In this document: piece by piece, positions 1 to 8,557 of the stretch
Layout: the number at the start of each line of letters is the position of its first letter
Numbering within the stretch: the stretch's first letter is position 1
Assembly: GCA_039648975.1 (NCBI GenBank)
Contig: JBBWZK010000221.1
Coordinates: 1-59,753, forward strand
Length of the DNA: 59,753 nucleotides
From: Blastocatellia bacterium
GTDB lineage: Bacteria > Acidobacteriota > Blastocatellia > UBA7656
Reading direction: 5' to 3'
Made by a program: the position numbers and the translations under genes
Notes under the pieces: generated by a model
Told to the model about the DNA's origin: nothing
Database searches by the model: none
The model's input: the letters and a program-made list of their open reading frames with translations, nothing else

Positions 1-2
1 AC

Positions 3-128
<126 letters not shown>

Positions 129-145
129 GAAGGAGAGATCGAACC

Positions 146-952
146 ATGCGAAAACTATTTGTGTTGTTTATCACATTGGCGCTGCTCTCCTCGGCGAGCG
201 CATCGGCGCAGGTGAGAGCAAAAAAGCAGCGCGGCACAGCCAACTCATCAGCAAGTAATTCTGCTGTGAATACAGTGGAACCGCTGCGCAGCATCGGCGG
301 CGAGTTGAACGGGCGCACGGTGGCGGGCGAGTTCAAAGCCAGCGGGCGCGATGTGCCGTTCACCTTCACCTTCACGCGAGCCGACATCATCGGCGACCGT
401 GTGCAACTGAGCGGCGACTTCCAGATCGGCGCGCGAGTGTCACATAAGCTACAGAGCCGGTTGGTCGGCACGCTGGCGACGGCGGAGAACCCCTGGCCGA
501 GCGCGCGAGATGAGGAGCCACAAGAGAAGCCTAAAGAGAAACCCAAGGCTCAGGCGGCTGAGCAGAAACAGGGACGCGAGGCGAAAAACCCTGAAGCGAC
601 GGCACAGCTCGGCCAGTTGGCGCAATCCACACAGGACACGGCGCGCAAGACGCCCGCCGCGCCCGGCGAACGCAACGAGCAGACGCAATCGCTTTACGCG
701 CAAGCCCAGGAGGGCCTCGGCTGCGGGGCGTTTTATTTCACGATAGAGTTGCCGCCGCAACTGCGCACGGCGATGGGCGCAGGCTCTCAGCCCGTGCAGA
801 TGAACGTCGTGCTGGCGACGATGGACAATCCGCAAGGCGAGCAGATCAGCCGCCTCCTCTGCCGCGTCCACCGCTTCGCCGGCAACAAATCCGCGAGTGA
901 CAATTCGGGCGGACTTGAGAAATTGAACCGCCTGCTCGGCTCGGCGAAATGA
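146..952 (+). CDS. Secreted hypothetical protein
   Basis: AGGAG at 131-135 precedes ATG146. Signal peptide MRKLFVLFITLALLSSASASA, then a charged low-complexity insert. The track start at 23 overlaps the upstream gene. Confidence 0.7.
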   Translation: MRKLFVLFITLALLSSASASAQVRAKKQRGTANSSASNSAVNTVEPLRSIGGELNGRTVAGEFKASGRDVPFTFTFTRADIIGDRVQLSGDFQIGARVSHKLQSRLVGTLATAENPWPSARDEEPQEKPKEKPKAQAAEQKQGREAKNPEATAQLGQLAQSTQDTARKTPAAPGERNEQTQSLYAQAQEGLGCGAFYFTIELPPQLRTAMGAGSQPVQMNVVLATMDNPQGEQISRLLCRVHRFAGNKSASDNSGGLEKLNRLLGSAK

Positions 953-970
953 GCGTGCTGCGCGGGCGAA

Positions 971-1405
971 TTAAGATCCGAAGAACTCTTTACCGGACTG
1001 CACGCGCACGTTGCAGAACTTCTTTATGCGTTTGAAGTCGGCTATATTGTCGGTTATCAGAAGCCCATTCACGCGCCGCACGGTGCGAGCAATGAGCACA
1101 TCTCGGATGATCCTTTGCTTCTCGTCAGGATGAAGCTTGGGCGTTTTACCGCCGCGCTCAGACTTGAGGCCGCGAAGAAGCGAGTTGAGAACTTTGCCAG
1201 CCAGGAACCAATCGTCAGCAGTGGGCACAAGCAATCGGTTTTCTTTCTCATACTCTCTTCTTGCGGCTTCATATTTTTGTACGCCGGCGTTGTCAGGAGC
1301 ACCGGCAACAAGTTCTTGTAAGACGACAACCGACATGAGAAGGCTTTTGGGGAAGGTTTCAGGCTGGTAGGCAATCCAGATGTTGGTATCCAGAACAATG
1401 GCCAC
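971..1405 (-). CDS. PIN-domain (VapC-like) toxin
   Basis: N-terminal IVLDTNIW, central VVLQEL, C-terminal RDVLIA...LITDNIADF: the PIN acidic tetrad pattern. Confidence 0.85.
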   Translation of the reverse strand: MAIVLDTNIWIAYQPETFPKSLLMSVVVLQELVAGAPDNAGVQKYEAARREYEKENRLLVPTADDWFLAGKVLNSLLRGLKSERGGKTPKLHPDEKQRIIRDVLIARTVRRVNGLLITDNIADFKRIKKFCNVRVQSGKEFFGS

Positions 1406-1573
1406 TTATGGTTTCAAGAGCCTTTTGTGGCGAGTCTCATAGGTGTACTTCCACGCTTCCAACATCAGTTCATCAGCCGTCTTTTTAGCCTTCTTTATTT
1501 TGCGAGTTGCGGTCTTTCCTGCTTTGGCGTTCTCGGCTAATTTAGTTTTCTTGACCGTCAATTCTTGAACCAT
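1406..1573 (-). CDS. Small basic putative antitoxin
   Basis: AAGGAGG RBS before ATG1573. Its stop abuts the GTG of the PIN gene. 55 aa, Lys-rich. Confidence 0.65.
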   Translation of the reverse strand: MVQELTVKKTKLAENAKAGKTATRKIKKAKKTADELMLEAWKYTYETRHKRLLKP

Positions 1574-1669
1574 GCTTATCCCTCCTTTCAATGGTCTGAT
1601 TTCATTAAACCAGAATGGCTGCGGATTGCCAATGTATGCAATCTTCTATCGTCATACACAATACTGATC

Positions 1670-3172
1670 TTAATCTTCCACCGCCGCCAAGCCGACGAAG
1701 GTTGGACGCAAGGCCGCATATAAATTCCGATAATGCGGATAGAGCGCTTCGTACTTGCTCACGTCTTCCGTGTTCGGTGCGACGGCGTTCTCAGTCTTGA
1801 TCGTTTGCGCGCAGGCTGTATCCACATCAGGCCACACGCCCGCGCCGACGCCGGCAAGCAATGCCGCGCCGTAAGCCGCGCCTTCCGTTGTGTTCACGGT
1901 CACGAGTTCGACGTTCAACACATCGGCGAGAATCTGCCGCCACAACTGGCTCTTCGCGCCGCCGCCCGAAACCCTCACCTGTTCAATCACGCCAAGTCCT
2001 GCGCTCTGCAATAACGCGAAGCTGTCTTTCAATCCGAACGCGACGCCTTCAAGCACCGCCCGCGTCAGGTGCGCCCGCCGGTGCCTGACGGTCAAGCCGA
2101 CCCACGCGCCGCGCGCCAGCGGGTCGGGGTACGGCGTGCGCTCGCCGGTCAGGTAAGGCAGGAACAACAGGCCGCCGCTGCCCACCGGAGCCTCTGTAGC
2201 TTCGGCCACCAAATCGTCAAACCGCGCCTGTGGCGCAAGCGTGTCGCGATACCATTGCAGGGAGCCTGCGGCGCTCAACACCACGCCCATCATGTGCCAG
2301 CGACCGGGCACCGCATGACAGAACGCATGCAGTCTTCCCTGCCCCTCGATGAGCGGCGCATCGGTCGAAGCGAAGACGACGCCGGACGTGCCGAGCACCA
2401 GCGAGACGACGCCGGCCTTCACCGCGCCGACGCCGACTGCGCCTGCCGCTTGATCGCCGCCGCCGGCCATCACCGGCGTGCCGGCGCTGAGGCCCGTCGC
2501 GGCGGCGGCCTCAGCCGTGACTGCACCAGTCATCTGCGGCCCTTCGTAAGTCGGCGGCATCCAGGCGCGCGGAATCTCTAACGCATCGAGCACCTCGGCA
2601 GACCAGTCGCGCGATTGCAGATCAAACAAGATCGTGCCAGAGCCGTCGGCTTTGTCCATCGCCATCGCGCCGGTCAGTTTATAGCGCACGTAATCTTTCG
2701 GCAGCAGCACATTTCGAGCAAGGTTGAAGATGTCGGGTTCGTGCCTTTGCACCCAGACAAGCTTCGGCGCGGTGAAGCCTGTGAGCGCGTCGTTGCCGGT
2801 GATTTGAATCAATCGCGCGGTGCCGATGCGTTCACGGATCAGGTCGCATTCTGCGCCGCAGCGTTGATCGTTCCAGAGAATCGCCGGGCGCAGCACATCG
2901 CCTTTATCATCGAGCAAGACCAGGCCGTGCATCTGGCCGGTCAAGCCGATGGCGGCAATCTCATCGCCGGTTGTGCCAGCCTCGTCGAGCGCCTGACGAA
3001 TGCTCATGGTGATGGCGTGCCACCAGTCTTCAGGGTTCTGCTCTGACCAGAGCGGGCGCGGCGTTGAAAGCACGAGCGGCGTCGAAGCGCTCGCCACCAC
3101 GCGTCCTGTGTCGTCCGTGAGCAGCGCTTTCGCTCCCGTCGTCGAGATGTCAATTCCAAGAAGCAATGTCAT
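1670..3172 (-). CDS. xylB: Xylulokinase (FGGY family)
   Basis: LGIDISTTGAK, GLTGQMHG, ILWNDQR, GGGDQAAGAVG, LPYLTGERTP, GGGAKS motifs. Confidence 0.93.
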   Translation of the reverse strand: MTLLLGIDISTTGAKALLTDDTGRVVASASTPLVLSTPRPLWSEQNPEDWWHAITMSIRQALDEAGTTGDEIAAIGLTGQMHGLVLLDDKGDVLRPAILWNDQRCGAECDLIRERIGTARLIQITGNDALTGFTAPKLVWVQRHEPDIFNLARNVLLPKDYVRYKLTGAMAMDKADGSGTILFDLQSRDWSAEVLDALEIPRAWMPPTYEGPQMTGAVTAEAAAATGLSAGTPVMAGGGDQAAGAVGVGAVKAGVVSLVLGTSGVVFASTDAPLIEGQGRLHAFCHAVPGRWHMMGVVLSAAGSLQWYRDTLAPQARFDDLVAEATEAPVGSGGLLFLPYLTGERTPYPDPLARGAWVGLTVRHRRAHLTRAVLEGVAFGLKDSFALLQSAGLGVIEQVRVSGGGAKSQLWRQILADVLNVELVTVNTTEGAAYGAALLAGVGAGVWPDVDTACAQTIKTENAVAPNTEDVSKYEALYPHYRNLYAALRPTFVGLAAVED

Positions 3173-3196
3173 AGCCACACTGAATTATCACGCCAC

Positions 3197-3217
3197 GCCG
3201 CAAGCCGCAAGCCGCAA
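3197..3217. repeat. Heptamer tandem repeat (GCCGCAA)x3
   Basis: Read directly, between xylB and the amidohydrolase gene. Confidence 0.8.
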
Positions 3218-3255
3218 AGCATATTCATCAAGGTGTCAGTAGCATGCCGGTCAAA

Positions 3256-4743
3256 TTACTTCTGGCTCGCAGCGGCTTCGACCTTCACGAGCATGGCATC
3301 GAGCGCCTGGCGGTCAAGCCATCGCCCGTTGCTGATGACGGCGCTGATTTTTTGTGTGTTATGAATATCACCGAGCGGGCTGGCGTCGAGCAAGACCAGA
3401 TCGGCGAGTTTGCCCACAACAATCGTGCCGAGTTCTTTGTCTTTGCCGAGAAAGCGCGCCGCATGGATGGTCGCAGCTTGCAGGGCTTCGAGCGGTGTGA
3501 GACCCGCTTCGACCATCAATGCCAGTTCCTGATGCAGACTGAGTCCGGGCACAACGTAACCGTCAAGCGCATCCGTGCCCGCCAGCAGACGAACACCGGC
3601 GCGGTGCATCATGCCAACCAGCGCGAGCGATTTCTCGAACATCTGCCGGCGAAACGCGAAGTCTTCCGGCGCGCTGTTTTTGATGACTGCATTGCGACGG
3701 TTCTCCCAACGCACACGCAGAGAATGCGGCACGCAGGCGAGCGCTTCATCTTTCGGCAAATCATTGGCATCAAGCGGCGCGAACTGCCTGCCGAAGATCA
3801 TCGTCGGCACGGCGACCGTTCCCTGTTTGACAAACAGCGAAAGCAGCGGCGCGCACTTCTGGACATCGGTCGTTGAAATCATCTGCGACTGCAAGGCGCG
3901 ATAACGTTTGCGCAGCGCCTGCTGATCGGCGTTAGGCTGTTCAGCCAATCGCTCGATCTCCAACATCTCTGCGCGCAATTCAGCTTCCTTGCCGGAGCAG
4001 GCCAGCAGCACGCCGGCATCGCCCGGCAGCACAGGCGAAATGTGTTCAATGCTACGCTGCGTCGAGCGCGCGACATCGAAGGCGCTAATGCGTTCGGGGA
4101 TGTGACCGGCAACCGGAATGTTGAGCCGACGGGCTTCATCCAGCACGGCTCGCCAGAGCGTTAGGGTCAGCGCCGCTTGCACTTTGATGAAGTCAACGCC
4201 TTGCGTCTTCAACTGGCGCACCGCCTGGCGCGCTTCTTCTTCATTGCTGACCGGCAGGACGACGTGACTGGCCGCTTGCGGCCCGTCAACGAAAGGCCCC
4301 GGCGTCAGGATACGCGGGCCGATGATTTGCCCGCCGGTGATTTCGCTGCGCAAGGTCTGAAGGCGTTGCCAGTCGCCGCCCATGTCGCGCACGCCTGTGA
4401 TGCCATAGGCAACGAGCAGCGGCGCAATCACGTTGCGAGTGATTTCCTGATCGGGGATGACCGTCAGATGGATGTGCATATCCCACAGGCCGGGAATCAA
4501 AAACTTGCCGGTCGCATCAATGACCTGCGCGCCTTGCGGGATGCGAAGCTTGTTTGTTTTGCCAATCGCCGTGATGTGATTGCCGTTGACGATGACCGTC
4601 ATATCGGACTGCGGCGCGGCAGCGGTCACATCAATGACGGTGACATGAGTGATGGCTAGAGGCTGCGAATCAGCCGGTTGAGCCTGAGCCGATAATCCGC
4701 ACGAAGACAATACGAGCATCAGCAGCGCAATAAAATATCTCAT
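3256..4743 (-). CDS. Secreted amidohydrolase-family metallohydrolase
   Basis: Signal peptide; LIPGLWDMHIH, DFIKV, VAGH, IEH, LAGTD, GKLADLVLLD motifs. Confidence 0.88.
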   Translation of the reverse strand: MRYFIALLMLVLSSCGLSAQAQPADSQPLAITHVTVIDVTAAAPQSDMTVIVNGNHITAIGKTNKLRIPQGAQVIDATGKFLIPGLWDMHIHLTVIPDQEITRNVIAPLLVAYGITGVRDMGGDWQRLQTLRSEITGGQIIGPRILTPGPFVDGPQAASHVVLPVSNEEEARQAVRQLKTQGVDFIKVQAALTLTLWRAVLDEARRLNIPVAGHIPERISAFDVARSTQRSIEHISPVLPGDAGVLLACSGKEAELRAEMLEIERLAEQPNADQQALRKRYRALQSQMISTTDVQKCAPLLSLFVKQGTVAVPTMIFGRQFAPLDANDLPKDEALACVPHSLRVRWENRRNAVIKNSAPEDFAFRRQMFEKSLALVGMMHRAGVRLLAGTDALDGYVVPGLSLHQELALMVEAGLTPLEALQAATIHAARFLGKDKELGTIVVGKLADLVLLDASPLGDIHNTQKISAVISNGRWLDRQALDAMLVKVEAAASQK

Positions 4744-4952
4744 CGCTTTTCTTCACCGAAACAGGAAATGATTTGGGGCGCGTTCGACTTACCAGTGTTG
4801 CCTCTGACCTTAGCCGCCCGGCGCTCGCACGTCAAGGCAGCGGGCGGCACCTATCTGCGGGCAGCATAGCATGATGGCATGGTTGAAATAGCAGGAGTGA
4901 GACAGGTGAAGCAGTTTATGGTTGCCGGAACGTCGCATCTGCGTTTTGGGCC

Positions 4953-5098
4953 AGCCCCGTCGGGGCGAAATGTTTATAGTTATAGCAATCGTAGAGAACC
5001 CAAGCCCCGCAGGGGCGGAATGTCAACATTGCGCTCCTAATGGAGCTTGGGGTTCTTTTTGCTACATGATTCTATAAACATTTCGCCCCTACGGGGCT
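4953..5098. repeat. 146-bp REP/REPIN-like palindromic element, copy 1
   Basis: Terminal inverted repeats AGCCCCGT(C/A)GGGGCGAAATGTTTATAG match at 26/27 nt, with internal GCCCC-GGGGC hairpins. A second copy lies at 19840-19985. Confidence 0.85.
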
Positions 5099-5155
5099 AA
5101 TGATGCCCGTTACGGTTGCCTGCTTATCAGTTCAAATTTGTGGCGTGGATCAAAC

Positions 5156-6658
5156 TTAGCGCACAGACTTGTCCCACGCGGTCTCTTTTCTGAGGACGGG
5201 TTTGAGCATCTTGCCGCCGGGATTGCGCGGCATCGGTTCCTGGCGAATGACGACATACTGCGGCACTTTGAAATCCGCGAGATGCGTTCGGGCGAATGCC
5301 AGCAGGTCGCTTATATCAAGCGCCTGTCCCGGTCGCGGCACGACGACCGCGCCGACCTTTTCGCCCATCATCTCATCGGGCACGCCGATGACCGCGACTT
5401 CAAAGACTGCCGGGTGCGCGGAGAGCGCGTTTTCGACTTCGACGCAGTACACGTTTTCGCCGCCGCGACAGATCATGTCTTTCTTGCGGTCGACAATCTG
5501 CACGAAGCCGTCGGCATCGAGCTTCGCCATGTCGCCGGTGTGCAGCCAGCCGTCAACGAAAGTCTCCGCCGTCGCCTCGGGCTTGTTCCAATAACCTTTG
5601 ACGACGTTCGCGCCGCGAATCAACAGTTCGCCTATACCGCTCTGCGGATCAGGCTCGAACAGATATAGATCAACCACCGGCGCGGCAAAGCCGACGGTTT
5701 CAGGCCGCAGGTGTGCATACTCGTGCGGCAGAAACGTCGCCACCGACGAACATTCGGTTAAACCGAAGCCGTTGCCGACGCGCGCATTCGGGAACGACTC
5801 CAGAATGCGCGCCACCAGATCGGGCGCAATCGGCGCGCCGCCATACAATATCCATTGAATTCGCGACGTGTCGAAGTCTTTGAAGTTCGGCTGACTGATG
5901 GCGAACCAGTAGACCGCCGGCACAGACGTGAGCAAATTGATGCGCTCGTCCTGAATCGCTTTCAAGAAAGCCTGCACTTCAAACATCTGCATGATGACCA
6001 GCGTATCGCCGGTTTCAATCATGGGAATCAACTGGCTGTTGCAACCCGTGACGTGAAACAACGGCACCGAGACGAGATTGCGAATCTGCCCATCGGTCGG
6101 CAGGTTGCAGACGCGGCGGCAGGTTTCGCTATTCGTCAAAAAGTTCTCGTGCGTCGTCATCGCGCCTTTGGGAAAGCCTGTCGTGCCGCTCGTATAAAAG
6201 ATCGCCGCCACGTCCGCCGGCTGCAAATCGTCAACGGCGAACGGCGGGCCATCGGGCAGCGCTTCGCCGGGCAGAAAAACGAATGCCGAGCCGCTGTCTT
6301 TGACAACGTAATCCACTTCGCTTTCGCTGAAGCGTGTATTGACCGGCACGGCGATGCCGCCGGCCATCTCGATGCCGAAAAAGGCCAGCACCCAGTTCAA
6401 GCCATTGGCAAGACGAATCGCCACGCGGTCGCCGCGACCCACCCCCTGCGCCCGCAGACCGCCACTGACACGCGCGGCGCGCTCCCACAACTCGCGATAG
6501 CTGGCGCGCGCGCCGCCGATTTCGACGATAGCTTCGTGATCGGGCGAACGTTCAACGGTGGCGCGCAACATCTCAACGAGCGATGCGGGTCGGTTGTCGT
6601 AATGCGCGATGCCGCGCACGTCGCGAGTAATGCCGGAATAATCGAACGGTCGAATCAT
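5156..6658 (-). CDS. Long-chain acyl-CoA ligase / AMP-binding enzyme
   Basis: YTSGTTGFPKG, YGGAP, GFGLTE, WLHTGD, DRKKDMICRGGENVY, GKMLK motifs. Confidence 0.92.
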   Translation of the reverse strand: MIRPFDYSGITRDVRGIAHYDNRPASLVEMLRATVERSPDHEAIVEIGGARASYRELWERAARVSGGLRAQGVGRGDRVAIRLANGLNWVLAFFGIEMAGGIAVPVNTRFSESEVDYVVKDSGSAFVFLPGEALPDGPPFAVDDLQPADVAAIFYTSGTTGFPKGAMTTHENFLTNSETCRRVCNLPTDGQIRNLVSVPLFHVTGCNSQLIPMIETGDTLVIMQMFEVQAFLKAIQDERINLLTSVPAVYWFAISQPNFKDFDTSRIQWILYGGAPIAPDLVARILESFPNARVGNGFGLTECSSVATFLPHEYAHLRPETVGFAAPVVDLYLFEPDPQSGIGELLIRGANVVKGYWNKPEATAETFVDGWLHTGDMAKLDADGFVQIVDRKKDMICRGGENVYCVEVENALSAHPAVFEVAVIGVPDEMMGEKVGAVVVPRPGQALDISDLLAFARTHLADFKVPQYVVIRQEPMPRNPGGKMLKPVLRKETAWDKSVR

Positions 6659-7635
6659 CAGTACGCGCCCTGCCTTTCAAAAATCCTTCGCGGGTTCTCG
6701 ACTAACATCGTGTGCAGTTGCTCATCGGTGACGCCGCGCGCTTTGAGCGCCGGAATCACGTCGTTGTGGATGTGTAGATAGTGCCAGTTCGGCAAAACCA
6801 CAGGCAATGCCGCTTCGGGCAGCCAGTCGTTGAAGCAGGCCGCATCGTGCGACAACACCATCTTGCCTGCGTGACCGCGCTCGCACATCCGGGCGACGGT
6901 GTTGACGCGATCTTCAAACGGCAGCAGCACGTCGATGCCAAAGCGATCCATGCCGATGGTGGAACCTCTGGCGATCAGTTTTTCCAGGTACTCAATATCG
7001 GTGGTGTCGCCTGAATGACCGATGACGACGCGCGTCAGATCAACGCCTTCTTCCTCGAAGATATGCTGCTGTTCGAGGCCGCGCTCGGTGTGTGCATGGG
7101 TGTGCGTCGAGATAGGCACGCCGGTTTGGCGATGGGCGTGGGCAACGGCGCGCAGCACGCGCTCGACGCCCGGCGTGACGCCCTGCTGATCGGTGGCGCA
7201 TTTCAAAATCGCCGCTTTGACACCCGTGCCGGCGATGCCTTCTGTAATGTCGCGCACAAACATATCGCCCATGAACTCCGGCCCGCCAAGCTCTGTGCCC
7301 GGCCCCTGAAAATGAAAGTACATCGGCACGTCATTGTAGGTGTAGACGCCTGTGGCGACGATGATGTTCAGGTCGATCTCGCGGGCAATGCGCTCAATGC
7401 GCGGGATGTAGCGGCCAAGCCCGATGACCGTGAGGTCGACGATTGAATCGACGCCGCGCGCTTTCAATTCGTTGAGCCGCGCGATGGCCTCGCTGACGCG
7501 CTTCTCCTCATCGCCCCAACCCTCGGGGTAGTTCTGCATGATCTCCGGTGACAGCACGAAGACGTGCTCGTGCATCAGCGTGACACCGAGACTGTCCGTC
7601 GCAATCGGCCCTCGCACGGTATTAATTTGCGGCAT
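6658..7635 (-). CDS. php: Phosphotriesterase-like lactonase (PHP/PLL family)
   Basis: TLMHEH, ILKCATD (carbamylated Lys), STHTH, IGHSGD, GMDRFG, LSHD. From recall it closely resembles M. tuberculosis Php (Rv0230c). Its stop overlaps the ligase ATG. Confidence 0.9.
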   Translation of the reverse strand: MPQINTVRGPIATDSLGVTLMHEHVFVLSPEIMQNYPEGWGDEEKRVSEAIARLNELKARGVDSIVDLTVIGLGRYIPRIERIAREIDLNIIVATGVYTYNDVPMYFHFQGPGTELGGPEFMGDMFVRDITEGIAGTGVKAAILKCATDQQGVTPGVERVLRAVAHAHRQTGVPISTHTHAHTERGLEQQHIFEEEGVDLTRVVIGHSGDTTDIEYLEKLIARGSTIGMDRFGIDVLLPFEDRVNTVARMCERGHAGKMVLSHDAACFNDWLPEAALPVVLPNWHYLHIHNDVIPALKARGVTDEQLHTMLVENPRRIFERQGAY

Positions 7636-7804
7636 ATCCCCTCCACAGGTTCAACATTTCTGATTCGCTATGATGGTCTGTTTGCACAAGCTCTGAGCAG
7701 CGCGATGAGTCTAATATCCGCCGCCGCGCGCGGCAAGCGGAAAGCTCTGATTGAGCATTCATGGCGTGTGGTTTCGTGATAAGATTGGCCTGCGAGGATC
7801 AGCC

Positions 7805-8365
7805 ATGACAACGAAAGTGCAAGCAACTATTGAAGACCTCTACCATATCCCTGAACACGGCAAGGCCGAGCTTGTCAACGGAGAGATTGTCCGTATGTCA
7901 CCAACCGGATTCTGGCCCAGTCGCGCAAGCGGCGAGATTTTCGCGAGCTTGCGTCAACACGAGCGCGCTACTAAATCAGGCTATGCAATCCCTGATAATG
8001 CTGGCTTCATCGTGAACTTGCCGAACCGCAGATCATTCAGTCCTGACGCGGCGTGGCACACCGGCAAGCCGACACGAATGAAGTTTCTCGAAGGTGCGCC
8101 GGTCTTCGCTGTTGAAGTCCGCAGCGAAGAAGATTATGGCGCGCGTGCTGAACGCCGTCTGGCGGCAAAGCGCCAGGATTATTTTGCTGCCGGAACGCTC
8201 TGCGTGTGGGATGTTGACCTGCTCAGTCCTGATGTCATCAAATCCTATCATCACAACGATCCCGAAAATCCTCTCATCTTTCGTCGTGGCGATGTCGCCG
8301 ATGCAGGCGACGCCGTGCCCGGCTGGTCAATGCCGGTTGACGATCTTCTGCCCGAAGACGAATAG
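7805..8365 (+). CDS. Uma2-family (DUF820) endonuclease-like protein
   Basis: KAELVNGEIVRMSP, SPDAAW, AVEVRS, KRQDYFAAG motifs. GAGG precedes ATG7805. Confidence 0.88.
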   Translation: MTTKVQATIEDLYHIPEHGKAELVNGEIVRMSPTGFWPSRASGEIFASLRQHERATKSGYAIPDNAGFIVNLPNRRSFSPDAAWHTGKPTRMKFLEGAPVFAVEVRSEEDYGARAERRLAAKRQDYFAAGTLCVWDVDLLSPDVIKSYHHNDPENPLIFRRGDVADAGDAVPGWSMPVDDLLPEDE

Positions 8366-8451
8366 ACAGTCGCGGCTTTCAGGAGCGCCAGACAGATTGC
8401 TTCACTCGACTCTCTAAATCAGAGGGCAAGGGAAAGGCAGACTCGCTTATA

Positions 8452-8522
8452 TGGAGTGCGCTGACTGGTCACCGCTTGGCCTCCTCGCCAAGCCTAAAAG
8501 CGGCGACAAGTCAAAGCACTCC
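8452..8522. repeat. REP-like inverted repeat (TGGAGTGCG...CGCACTCCA family)
   Basis: Imperfect arms of about 26 nt between convergent genes. A related perfect palindrome lies at 52473-52502. Confidence 0.75.
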
Positions 8523-8557
8523 AAATGCTGCGCCGTCCCATTCTCATGCGGTTTGAT

